Assembly: GCA_963765895.1 (NCBI GenBank)
Contig: CAVXZB010000019.1
Location: forward strand, 96,001-160,000
Length of the DNA: 64,000 nucleotides
Direction: 5' to 3'
Origin: an uncultured Nitrososphaeraceae archaeon
GTDB lineage: Archaea; Thermoproteota; Nitrososphaeria; Nitrososphaerales; Nitrososphaeraceae
Made by a program: the position numbers and the translations under genes. The notes beneath the pieces are model-generated. The model saw only the letters and a program-made list of their open reading frames with translations. It was not told the DNA's origin and did no database searches. Below, one piece after another: positions 11,846-22,004 of this stretch; position 1 is the stretch's first letter, and each line of letters opens with the position of its first letter.

Positions 11846-12456
11846 CAAGAATTAAAGTTAATTGGTAAAAGATGTTAAAGATGCAGAATCTAATAGGCTA
11901 GTTTGCCTATCCCAAAATATTTTGTGGTGGCTAGGATAGTGAGAGATTTTGGATATAGATGTGGGGCATAAAAGCATATGAATAGTTAAATCAGCTTTTA
12001 AAAATAGTTATACTTTGCCACTTTCTATTAAGAAAAAATAAAAGTTGTCATGATAAAAACCTGCAATGGTCAACAACGATGCTAATCAATGGACATGATC
12101 CCGGATTGACTTAATTTTACTTGCACGCGACCAAACTAGAGGCTTATGTCGTTCGAGGCCGAACCTCGTTCTAGTGGCGAACTATCAAGCGCATTATTTT
12201 ATATCGATAAATTGAGATCTTACTAGCAGCCTTTCGATTCGATATGAAATGGTCAAGCAAGATGGTATTGCAAAGTACGCATACTACAATACACTTATTC
12301 TAGACCACATGTTCATTTATCTTCCAGAATTCCTTTCGATACCTCTGGTGTAGCCGAGGTCTAGGAATAATTCTAGGAATTCTATTGAACCGAATCATGA
12401 ATTAATTCCCGAGAACAGCAACATAGAAACGATATTGTTTTAAGGAACCAAAGGTA

Positions 12457-12593
12457 TGGGGCCGAAGGGAAATGTTCTAAATAGGTGCTTTACCATATTT
12501 AATTGAACCCCTGATCCACGGGTTTCCTCCATAAGACCAGCCCTAGTCTAAAGATCTGGAGCCCGTTGCGATGCCAGACTTCGCTACGACCCC
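12457..12593 (-). tRNA. tRNA-Trp(CCA) with two introns (37/38, ~12524-12555; 58/59, 12472-12502)
   Basis: Minus strand: GGGGTCG/CGGCCCC acceptor, GCGA/TCGC D-stem, ACGGG CT CCA G..A CCCGT anticodon arm, AGGGG TTCAA..TT CCCTT T-arm; BHB helix GTTC/GAAC with 3-nt bulges flanks the T-loop intron. Confidence 0.9.
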
Positions 12594-12777
12594 ACGTGGC
12601 ATCGATCTACGATACGAAAGAATATCTGTATAAGTCTTACTCGAGTAGTGGATGCCTTATTCAAGCTTGATAAGTACTATTAAGGCATTTGCCTTACAAG
12701 CAATCGATAAACAATGTGCTAATGATAACCGTGACAAGCTAGAAACAGATAAATAATTTCAAGCTATAACATCGATA

Positions 12778-13645
12778 TTGACTGGAGAAACACAACTGCG
12801 AGCCAGGCGTACAAGGCTGAAAATATTGAGGGCAATTGCAGGAAGCAAGGGTTCTGCGGGTTTCTCGGAAATCAGAGATGCAACTGGTCTCTCGACTGGT
12901 TCTATTTACTATCATCTGGAAAGAATGAGCAAGTACATTATAAAGGACGCTAAACAATATCTTATTACGCAGGATGGTTGGGAGATTCTTAGAGAAATCG
13001 ACGTAAAGTCTCCTGATGTTCGCAAAGATGAATGTTCAGAATCGGATGACCAGCATCCCGAACCTCTTAGAGTGGGTACTAAAAAATCAATTGCACTGAA
13101 CATTTTACGTGGAAACCGCTTCATATTGTTGGCGATAGCTATTGTAGCATCTATTTCAATAGGCATTTATTCGCAGTCTTATGCACTTTTTCCGGGCATA
13201 TCCTACGCAGGAAAGATGATTGCCAATGCCACTATGATCTCTTCGCTTTCGATAGCAGACTCTTCTATCCTTATCATTTTTGATTATGTTGAGGAGACAA
13301 ATGATACCCAAAGGATACAGGGTGTTAATGATATCATCATTAACTGTCGTGTCAGTTATTTTGGTGAATATCTTGATCTTTACTGGTCTGGGCACGCAAA
13401 TAGTAATAAATCCTAGTATATCCTACGCAGGAAAGATGATTGCCAATGCCACTATGATCTCTTCGCTTTCGATAGCAACTCTTCTATCCTTATCATTTTT
13501 GATTATGTTGAGGAGACAAATGATACCCAAAGGATACAGGGTGTTAATGATATCATCATTAACTGTCGTGTCAGTTATTTTGGTGAATATCTTGATCTTT
13601 ACTGGTCTGGGCACTCAGATTGGAAGTGGACAATTAACTTACTAG
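12778..13645 (+). CDS. membrane-anchored winged-helix (ArsR-like) transcription regulator with duplicated TM module (+1 frameshift at ~13258)
   Basis: TRLKILRAI...FSEIRDATGLSTGSIYYHL wHTH, then hydrophobic helices; frame restored by removing a G that is absent from repeat copy 2. Confidence 0.75.
13198..13614 (+). repeat. tandem direct repeat, 2 x ~197 bp (13198-13395 and 13418-13614)
   Basis: Copies identical except one extra G in copy 1; 22-nt unique spacer; 219-nt corrected period keeps frame. Confidence 0.95.
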
Positions 13646-13974
13646 TAAACACTTACCGATATCTGATAGAGTTTTACAATAATAATTAGACAAAAGATAG
13701 ATTTGTCGTCATAGCGGGACATCCTGTTAAGCCATTTGTGAGTGGCAAGGGAGCATTTAAGACATGCAAGACTATTGAGTGAAGCCAAGTGTGTAATTAG
13801 TATTTAGCAAGATTATGAGGGCATTCACATACCAATCAATTTCTGCCGTACCTTATGTGCTCAGTCGACATCTATTTCTGGTCAATTTTATGCCAGAAGT
13901 TCAGTAACGAACTCATCTGAGATAACTTTATACCTACGTCGTAAATAATATCAATAGCTTGTATTCAGTAAAAA

Positions 13975-14319
13975 ATGAATGACCTGTTATGCATTCTACA
14001 AACTGAACTTGGACTATCTAAAAATGAATCAGGGCTATTCTTGTACTTGGTAAAAGGCGGGCGCAGGACGATAGATCAAATTAGTGCAGATCTTAACTAT
14101 ACTAGTCATGATGCCAGTGTGACTGCGCAGGCGCTAGTAAATTTGGGAATGATAGTACATATATCTGAACTCGCATACATGCCTTTACATCCTAGATTTG
14201 CAATTGTCAATAGATACAGAGAAAAATGCCGAGAAGATAATGTGCCGTTTCGCAGAAATGTATTGATTGATAACTTAGGGGTTATATTGGAGAAATACTT
14301 CGATCATATCAATGTCTAA
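13975..14319 (+). CDS. TrmB-like HTH protein
   Basis: LGLSKNES..FLYL..GG..T...IS..L HTH and L...GMI...Y.PLHPR. Confidence 0.7.
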   Translation: MNDLLCILQTELGLSKNESGLFLYLVKGGRRTIDQISADLNYTSHDASVTAQALVNLGMIVHISELAYMPLHPRFAIVNRYREKCREDNVPFRRNVLIDNLGVILEKYFDHINV

Positions 14320-14326
14320 ATAGGTT

Positions 14327-14773
14327 ATGATTACTTCAAGTACTACGAAATTGTCTGATTCTAAACAATTGAGTTCAGATAAGGTAGTGTACCTTGGTGT
14401 CATAAATCTTCTTGAGAACGATAGACTTATTGGCGCTGTTGACGTTTGGCGAAGTGTTATTAGTAAAGAGCTATTCTGTGAAGAAAAACGACTGGGAATA
14501 CTCGACATTGGCGATAAGATAGGAATGCCTAAGATTCCTACAGATAGAAAATGGGCGGTTGCGGTTAGTAACGTTAGAACGGGAAAAGACAAGTGGAACC
14601 TAGTATCTCTCATAAAGTCGGGTGAGGCTACGTTCACGGACCAGCTCGACGAGAAAATTATTACAGTCAAAGTTGAAGACTATACAATTCTAGACAAAGA
14701 ATGGTGGAGCTTCCTCATAGAAAAGAATGTTAATAGAAACATAGACATTACTAAAGAGGGCAATGCAAAATGA
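14327..14773 (+). CDS. conserved hypothetical protein
   Basis: 148 aa; tight operon spacing; 4-nt overlap with the next ORF. Confidence 0.7.
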   Translation: MITSSTTKLSDSKQLSSDKVVYLGVINLLENDRLIGAVDVWRSVISKELFCEEKRLGILDIGDKIGMPKIPTDRKWAVAVSNVRTGKDKWNLVSLIKSGEATFTDQLDEKIITVKVEDYTILDKEWWSFLIEKNVNRNIDITKEGNAK

Positions 14774-15084
14774 CAATATCTCCAGACCTCGGTGAAAACG
14801 TGCCTATAACCGTAGTTGTAAAATCAGCAAGAGGAGGAAACGTAGCTAGCAAATTAAATGGCGTCTTTTTACTTAGAGGTAAAGAATTCAGATTCAAGGC
14901 TCTTGCCTTCGGCAGAATTGGAGGCCACAATATTAGTCTTACCATTCCGAAGATCGCATTAAATGAGATAATAAAAATGGGACTGGATCCAGATATTATT
15001 TATTTAAAAATACAAAGAAAATTGATAGAAGGCGAAGTAGATCTTGAAGCTAAACCAACTGGCGCGGGAAGGGCAAGTTTATAA
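14770..15084 (+). CDS. conserved hypothetical protein
   Basis: 104 aa; ATGA overlap with the upstream ORF; FKALAFGRIGGHN. Confidence 0.7.
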   Translation: MTISPDLGENVPITVVVKSARGGNVASKLNGVFLLRGKEFRFKALAFGRIGGHNISLTIPKIALNEIIKMGLDPDIIYLKIQRKLIEGEVDLEAKPTGAGRASL

Positions 15085-15891
15085 GATCGAATTTTCAAGC
15101 GAATTGTTACAAGTGCATTTGTCTCTTCCATCCGGTATTTGAGATATAATTTGTGCGATGATCTTTTTTGTTTTCGAAACATTATCTTCTAGTATTTTGA
15201 TAATATCCTTCGAATTTACTGGCTTCTCTGTCCAAACGTCATAATCTGTAACAGTGGATAAAGAAACATAGCATATTTCTGCCTCCCTTGCCAATATGCA
15301 TTCAGGAATTAAAGTCATCCCAATAATTTCTGCATTCATCACTTCCCTGTAGTATTTCGACTCGGCCATAGTAGAAAACCTTGGACCTTCTATGCATATG
15401 TAGGTCCCGCCACCATGACTATCAAAAGACAATTCTTTCAAGCTGCTTGAAGCAATTTCGCTCAGTTCTGGACAGAACGGCCGTGCAACAGAAATATGAC
15501 ATACTTTTCCACCATCATAAAATGTACAAGCTCTTTGCTTAGTTAGATCTATGAATTGATCAGGTATAACAAAATCGCCTGGCTTATATCGAGTATTTAG
15601 ACTCCCTACTGCCGAAGGAGCAAGAATCCTGGTCACGCCCAAACTCTTCAACGCCCATATATTGGCACGATAGTTGATTCTATGTGGAGGTATTCTATGT
15701 CCCTTTCCATGTCTAGGAATGAAAGCAATGGATTTGTTAGAATGCCTTCCGATGCACACATTGTCCGAAGTCTCCCCGTATGGAGTATGGACCTTTATCT
15801 CAGTTAGATCATTGAACATTTCAGCACTATAAATCCCTGTCCCACCAAGTATGCCTATTTCGGCTGAAATTGAGCTCAAAAGGCTAATCAT
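15079..15891 (-). CDS. mtnP: S-methyl-5'-thioadenosine phosphorylase
   Basis: IGILGGTG, TPYG, RHGKGH.IPPH.INYRANIWAL, EGPRFST.AES, GMT, VTDYD. Confidence 0.93.
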   Translation of the reverse strand: MISLLSSISAEIGILGGTGIYSAEMFNDLTEIKVHTPYGETSDNVCIGRHSNKSIAFIPRHGKGHRIPPHRINYRANIWALKSLGVTRILAPSAVGSLNTRYKPGDFVIPDQFIDLTKQRACTFYDGGKVCHISVARPFCPELSEIASSSLKELSFDSHGGGTYICIEGPRFSTMAESKYYREVMNAEIIGMTLIPECILAREAEICYVSLSTVTDYDVWTEKPVNSKDIIKILEDNVSKTKKIIAQIISQIPDGRDKCTCNNSLENSIL

Positions 15892-16420
15892 ACACCACCA
15901 ATGATGCTACATCATATCCTAAATCCCTCAAAGTCCTGCCGCCTTGCAATTGATCAAGTTCAATAACGAAGGCAAAACCAACTATCCGACTTCCTACTTG
16001 TTCTACAATTTTTGCTGAGGCCATAGCTGTTCCACCGGTAGCAATCAAATCATCTGCGATCAGCACATCAAGACCTTTACCGAGTGCACTAATTTGCATC
16101 TCCATTATATCATTTCCATACTCAACTTTGTATGATTTCTTTATAGTCTCTCCAGGAAGTTTTCCAGCCTTGCGGATAAGAGCCAATCCAGTTCCGAACT
16201 TTAGCGCTATAGCGGTAGCTATGATAAAACCTCTAGATTCGATGCCGACAACTAAATCAATCTTTCGTCCCTTAAGCCTATTCTTAAATTGATCGGCTAT
16301 AAACTCAAGTGCCTTCGGGTTAAGTAGAACTGGATTAATATCCCTGAACAAGATGCCCTTTTTTGGAAAATTAGGATATTCTTGGATCAATTTGCGCAGG
16401 TCTACTTCTTCAGTTACCAT
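15884..16420 (-). CDS. apt: adenine phosphoribosyltransferase
   Basis: FPKKGILFRDI, ESRGF, RKAGKLP, DDLIATGGT PRPP loop. Confidence 0.95.
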   Translation of the reverse strand: MVTEEVDLRKLIQEYPNFPKKGILFRDINPVLLNPKALEFIADQFKNRLKGRKIDLVVGIESRGFIIATAIALKFGTGLALIRKAGKLPGETIKKSYKVEYGNDIMEMQISALGKGLDVLIADDLIATGGTAMASAKIVEQVGSRIVGFAFVIELDQLQGGRTLRDLGYDVASLVVYD

Positions 16421-16670
16421 AAAAACCTGTGCAAATGGTAAACATAAAAAATGTTTTGCTTAGTCTAATGGAAATTTTGCTGAGTTGGTAAAGAAATAAC
16501 CAAGCTGCTGCAAAGGTCGACCTTCTGACAAGTATAAATCGCATGGTTGGGATGGACTACATAATAGACCCAAAGGGTACCGGTGAACGGGTCATGCTAA
16601 GCTCGGCGTATCATCGCAAATTGAAATTTTTATTTACTAAACGGAACATTTTAGTCCCGCGGTCTGTCCA

Positions 16671-16684
16671 AAAAGATATAAATA
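16671..16684 (+). promoter_or_regulatory. BRE/TATA box of the 4-hydroxybutyryl-CoA dehydratase gene (leaderless geometry)
   Basis: AAAAGA-TATAAATA ending ~25 nt before the ATG at 16710. Confidence 0.55.
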
Positions 16685-16709
16685 TTATCTTAAGCATAAA
16701 GTCTTTATT

Positions 16710-18215
16710 ATGCCTATTAAAAACGGGGCAGATTACATCCGTAGCCTACGTGGAAGAAATTTGAGGGTCTATTTGTTTGGCGAACTCGTTAGAGAACCAG
16801 TTGATCACCCGATGATTCGCCCATCGATAAATGCTGTAGCTGAAACGTATGACTTGGCGGAAAAGTACCCAGATTTGGGGTCTACTCATTCTTCGCTGTC
16901 TGGTCTCAAAGTAAATCGGTTCCTTCACATTACGGAAAGAGAAAGCGATCTAGTAAATCAGAATAAAATGCAACGAAAGTTGGGACAATTAACCGGGACT
17001 TGTTTTCAGCGATGTGTGGGTATGGATGCATTGAACTCGTTATATTCTACGACTTATGAAATTGATTCAAAATATAACACTGATTATCAGAAGAGATTGA
17101 TTGAATTTATTAAAATGATTCAGAAGGAGAATCTAATGATTGGTGGGGCAATGACAGATGTGAAGGGAGATCGTAGTCTTGCGCCATCTCAACAAGAAGA
17201 TCCTGACATGTTTGTCCATATCGTAAAGGAAGATGAAAAAGGCGTTTATGTTAGCGGCGCTAAGGCTCATCAAACGGGCTGCATTAATTCGCATTGGATC
17301 ATTGTTATGCCAACCATGCGATTGAGACCAGAGGATAAGGATTACGCAATAGTTGGTGCTGTACCGGCTAATGCAGAAGGTATTACCTACATTTATGGAA
17401 GGCAGTCATGTGACACACGAAGCATGGAAGATGGAACTCTAGATGCGGGCAATTCGAAATTTTCCGGCCAGGAAGCTATGATCATTTTTGATAACGTATT
17501 CATTCCAAATGAATTGATCTTTATGCGAGGCGAAGTAGAATTTGCATCCATGCTAGTAGAACGGTTCACCTGCTATCATAGGAGGAGCTACGTCTGCAAG
17601 ACTGGACTGGGGGATGTTTTAATTGGTGCAGCTGCAGCCACGGCTGATTATAATGGAGTTGCGAATGCCTCCCATATAAAAGACAAGCTCGTCGAAATGA
17701 CTCATTTGAACGAGACTATTTACGCAGCTGGTATTGCATCATCGTATCAATCCCATAAGACTGCATCTGGAAATTATCAAAATGATGACATGCTAGCGAA
17801 TGTTTGCAAGCATAACGTCACGCGATTTCCTTATGAACTAGGTAGGCTAGCCCAAGATATTGCCGGAGGCCTAATGGTAACTATGCCATCGGAAAAAGAC
17901 TTTAGGAGTCCTATTACTGGTCCTCTACTTGAGAAATATCTAAAGGGTAAAAAGGGTGTCTCTACTGAAAATAGAGTAAGAATATTACGACTAATAGAAA
18001 ATATGACAATGGGCCGCAATGCTGTCGGTTACCTTACTGAATCGATGCACGGTGCTGGTTCGCCTCAAGCGCAAAGAATACAAATTGCACGCCAGATGCA
18101 ACTGGGATATAAGAAGAAGTTGGCCAAAAACCTTGCAAACATTTCTGAAGGTGAGGCAATGGATCTAACCAAGGAACAGTCTGACTATTTTGACAAAATA
18201 TTTGTGCCCAATTGA
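16710..18215 (+). CDS. hcd: 4-hydroxybutyryl-CoA dehydratase (3HP/4HB carbon fixation cycle)
   Basis: CFQRCVGMD, AMTDVKGDR, GAKAHQTG, YHRRSYVCK, HGAGSPQAQ motifs; 501 aa. Confidence 0.96.
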   Translation: MPIKNGADYIRSLRGRNLRVYLFGELVREPVDHPMIRPSINAVAETYDLAEKYPDLGSTHSSLSGLKVNRFLHITERESDLVNQNKMQRKLGQLTGTCFQRCVGMDALNSLYSTTYEIDSKYNTDYQKRLIEFIKMIQKENLMIGGAMTDVKGDRSLAPSQQEDPDMFVHIVKEDEKGVYVSGAKAHQTGCINSHWIIVMPTMRLRPEDKDYAIVGAVPANAEGITYIYGRQSCDTRSMEDGTLDAGNSKFSGQEAMIIFDNVFIPNELIFMRGEVEFASMLVERFTCYHRRSYVCKTGLGDVLIGAAAATADYNGVANASHIKDKLVEMTHLNETIYAAGIASSYQSHKTASGNYQNDDMLANVCKHNVTRFPYELGRLAQDIAGGLMVTMPSEKDFRSPITGPLLEKYLKGKKGVSTENRVRILRLIENMTMGRNAVGYLTESMHGAGSPQAQRIQIARQMQLGYKKKLAKNLANISEGEAMDLTKEQSDYFDKIFVPN

Positions 18216-18273
18216 GATGGTTTGAACTTCGCGTACCTCTTCCGTGTAATGTCGCATTCGGAAATCAAGGGTA

Positions 18274-18906
18274 ATGAAACTAAGCGAAGCAAGAAAGGAT
18301 TATTACCGCAAACGCGCCAAGAATGATGGCTTTAGAAGTAGATCTGCGTACAAGCTCCTACAATTAAACAAATCCTATCATTTTCTAAGAAAGGGGAGTC
18401 GGGTCATAGATATTGGGTCCTATCCTGGCGGCTGGCTACAAGTCGCTAAAGTTGAAGTAGGAGAACATGGCCTAGTTATAGGTACAGATCTAAAGCGGGT
18501 AGATTATCTAGAAGATGTGGTGTTATTGAATTACTCGGTAGAAGATCCTGAATTACAAGAGTACCTGATTCGACATGTAGGACGTGTCGATGTGATATTG
18601 TCAGACCTTTCTCCGAATATAAGTGGTATTTGGGAAATTGATCATATTACACAAATCAATCTCAGTCGTGTTGCCTTTGGCCTTGCGACCAACGTCTTAG
18701 TAGATGGTGGAGCAGGAATATTCAAAGTCTTTGATGGCGATACACTAGGAACTTTTGTTAAGGAATTATCTAGTCGATTTAAACGAGTGAAAATAAGTAA
18801 ACCAGATGCAAGCAGACAGTCCAGCAGTGAAAGCTATCTTGTTTGTTCCGGCTTTCAGGGACTGAAATTGGTACCTGATACTGACAATGGATCAACTCAC
18901 AGATAA
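18274..18906 (+). CDS. rlmE: 23S rRNA Um2552 methyltransferase (RlmE/FtsJ)
   Basis: RSRSAYKL, DIGSYPGGW, SDLSPN.SG, KP.ASR..SSE.Y. Confidence 0.93.
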   Translation: MKLSEARKDYYRKRAKNDGFRSRSAYKLLQLNKSYHFLRKGSRVIDIGSYPGGWLQVAKVEVGEHGLVIGTDLKRVDYLEDVVLLNYSVEDPELQEYLIRHVGRVDVILSDLSPNISGIWEIDHITQINLSRVAFGLATNVLVDGGAGIFKVFDGDTLGTFVKELSSRFKRVKISKPDASRQSSSESYLVCSGFQGLKLVPDTDNGSTHR

Positions 18907-19000
18907 TGGGGCCCTTAGTAACAAATGGACTTGATGCAATCGAGCCGCACATTAGAATCGCTCCTAGATGTAAACCATACCATGAATGAACGCTATTACA

Positions 19001-19852
19001 TCAATCCCCCTCGTTATACAATAGCTTTAATTCTTCGAAACTAAGTTTTGATCCAGATTCCAACTTTCTTTTTGCCTCTTCTTTAACTTTCAATATGGCG
19101 CTATCAGATATGTACTGACCGTGTGTTTGAACGCGCTGCCTTCTAACCTTTGAGATTTTGTCCATCTGCAAATTTACCAACTCAAGTTTTTGAAGAGCAG
19201 TATTGTAACTATTTAATAGATTGCTTCGTTCATCCGACAATTTACGCCTATCAACGTATAACGCATCTAGAGCGATTCTAATGCTATTAATATGATTGTT
19301 CAGCTTCATATCTTCCATATCCAGTTGTTTGATGTTCTCTTTAAAAGCGTCCGCTTGTTGGTTGAGCTGATTAAGTCCTTGTTTTATCGTGTTTACGGCC
19401 TTGATGGCCTCCATTTCCATAGATCTATCTCTTATCTCCTGAGAAATTCTATTTTTCTCGTTCTCAGTTGCGTATTGCTTATCTTCAAGACTTTTCGTCA
19501 GAACATTTATAGTGTGAATTAGATCATGTTCGGTCTCATTAGTAACTCTTGATTCCATTGTACTCAAGAAATCTTTTGATTGTGAAATTTTTTGACTAAC
19601 TGCTAAAAAATCAGAATTTTTAGACTTGATCGAGCTTCGAATCTCTTTAGACCTTCCCAATAGCGATTTGAGATTGTCCGTATTAGATTGAATCTTATTA
19701 TTCACGGATTGTATCTTTGATGTTTCGATTTCGATGATATCGTTGGTTAACTGTTTTAAATAGGAAGAGAAGCTCCGCTTCAAATTTAATAGTTCATTCC
19801 AATCCAATGATTCTATATCTTTTTCAGCAAAATTTTGATCAGCTGAACGCAA
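19001..19852 (-). CDS. archaeal coiled-coil protein
   Basis: 283 aa heptad-rich; C-terminal KLESGSKLSFEELKLL typical of archaeal coiled-coil family. Confidence 0.7.
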   Translation of the reverse strand: MRSADQNFAEKDIESLDWNELLNLKRSFSSYLKQLTNDIIEIETSKIQSVNNKIQSNTDNLKSLLGRSKEIRSSIKSKNSDFLAVSQKISQSKDFLSTMESRVTNETEHDLIHTINVLTKSLEDKQYATENEKNRISQEIRDRSMEMEAIKAVNTIKQGLNQLNQQADAFKENIKQLDMEDMKLNNHINSIRIALDALYVDRRKLSDERSNLLNSYNTALQKLELVNLQMDKISKVRRQRVQTHGQYISDSAILKVKEEAKRKLESGSKLSFEELKLLYNEGD

Positions 19853-20089
19853 TCTCCAGTATATACCCTCAGGTCTTTAGACGCAGCTATATAATAAAAG
19901 TATAATGTAAAATCCGTCCCACAGTACTTCGTTACATTATAATTAGCCGTATTAAACTACATATCTTATACTTTTAATGAGAAAGTATCGATCTGAAATC
20001 ATCCTATACTGGGTGGGATGTCCTAGAGTCTAGAAGATGAAAGGCAGTGGATATTCAAATCTCCAGTATTTGATATGGACAATTACAAT

Positions 20090-21177
20090 TTATGGAGATG
20101 CTATCTCTAGGTTCTCTTCAATCTCCTCTAGTCTACTTTTTCGTCCGCAGCGTTGAATCAATTGATACAGCTTCTTTTTTGCTCTACCTTCTTTTATGGA
20201 TTTCCGAGCAATGTCTATCCCTTCATTTAAATCATGAGCCTTATCTGCAACAACTAAAGCAGCAGCGGCGTTTAATTCAACTATCCCAAGGAGATCCCTT
20301 TCAGCTTCACCATAGATGCACTTTAAGGTTACTCTAATAGATTCTTCTTTTGTCTTCATCGCTAACGTTTCTAGCCTTGCCGTATCTAGATTTACGTCTT
20401 TAGGAACTAAATGGATTCTTTTAATGGAGTTACCATCCTTAAATGAAATATCATTTGGGCATGTATTTGATAACTCATCTATGCCGTCGTGGGCATGTAC
20501 CACCATTATGTTTCTGATACCAAGATTTAGACTAGCTTCTGAGATTCTCTCGAAGAGTGAAGCATCTGTGACCCCAATGACCTGTCCCGAAAGATTGGTG
20601 CATGGATTACTGAGTGGACCAACAATGTTGAAAAAAGTTCTTGCACCAATTAATTTGCGAGCAGCCGCAGCTGCTGCCATAGCAGGATGAAATCTTGGGG
20701 CATAAACGAAGCCTAATCCTATTTGCTCTACGGAGGACAGTACAGTCGTAACGCAGGTGTTAAGGTCATAACCCACATATTCCAAAAAATCTGCGCTGCC
20801 ACATAACCCCGACATAGACTTATTTCCATGTTTTGCCACGCAAGCACCGCTGCCTGCTGCCTACTCAGGGCTGCTCGGGTACTAATATTAGGCGTATTGA
20901 TTGAATCTCCCCCGGTTCCGCATATATCAACGATCGATGAATTTAGATTTGGCGTAAGACGGATTGAGCGCCCCTTGATAGACCTAATTAGGTATCTGAG
21001 CTCATTGGCGGTTTCCTTTTTCATAGTAAGTGCAACCAAAAAGGCCACAATTGATCCCTGTGATACCCGTTCTGTGGAAATTAAATCGATAGATGTTTCA
21101 ATTTCTCCTTCCGTCAATTCTTTTCTCGAAATTAGTTTTCTAATGAGAGGTTGGAATTCAGTATCACCGTTTGTCAT
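20090..21177 (-). CDS. trpD: anthranilate phosphoribosyltransferase (net +2 frameshift near 20860)
   Basis: DICGTGGD..NT.NIST in ORF 20728-21177; AKHGN, GSAD.LE, RTFFN..GPL.NP, DGIDE in ORF 20090-20839. Confidence 0.92.
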
Positions 21178-21765
21178 CTTTTAATCATCGAAAGAAAGTT
21201 TAGTACTATTTTTGGGCCTTCAGAAGTCAAAACAGATTCTGGATGGAATTGAAGTCCTTCTATTAGGTATTTCTTGTGCCTTAGTGCCATTATCTCTCTA
21301 TCGTCTTCTGCTACAGCGGTTATTTCTAGGCAATCTGGTAACCGAGTAGAGTCTGCTACCAATGAATTGTACCGCGTAGCGGCGAAGGGATTTTTTACAT
21401 CTTCAAATAGCCTACTCGAGTTGTTGTGTCGTATCATGCTCGTTTTACCATGGGTGACAAATTTCGCATTGATGACCCTACCTCCGAAAGCACTGGCTAT
21501 ACCTTGATGCCCAAGACAAACCCCCAGTACCTGGCATTTTTGGACCAAGGTCTTTTATGACTCTGTCACATACTCCAAAATATTTTGGATCTTCTGGATT
21601 TCCTGGACCAGGAGAGAGAATTACTGCGTCTGGTTGTATTTTCTTAATCCCTCGGATTGTAATGACATCGTTTCTTCTCACTACGGGTTCCACATTATGC
21701 TGTCCTAGAATCTGGACGATATTGTATACGAAGGAATCATAATTATCAATAACAAGAATCTTCAT
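21174..21765 (-). CDS. trpG: anthranilate/aminodeoxychorismate synthase glutamine amidotransferase subunit (+1 frameshift at ~21530)
   Basis: IDNYDSF, SPGPG.P, GVCLGHQ, QFHPES. Confidence 0.92.
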
Positions 21766-22004
21766 CGAACTACAGCCCATACAAGAAATACAATATGAGG
21801 CATTTTATCTGAACCAGTTAGGATGACACCTCGGCATAATTATCTCCATATTGTCTCATACACACAATTTGTATATATGGATAGATATCTATAATAGATA
21901 ATCTATAGTTTGCCAACTAGTTTGATTAATAGACTATTAGAATAAGTCCGAGAAAAATGTATATAATATCCTCAAGTTGACTTAAATTACTAAGCGACAT
22001 TAAT

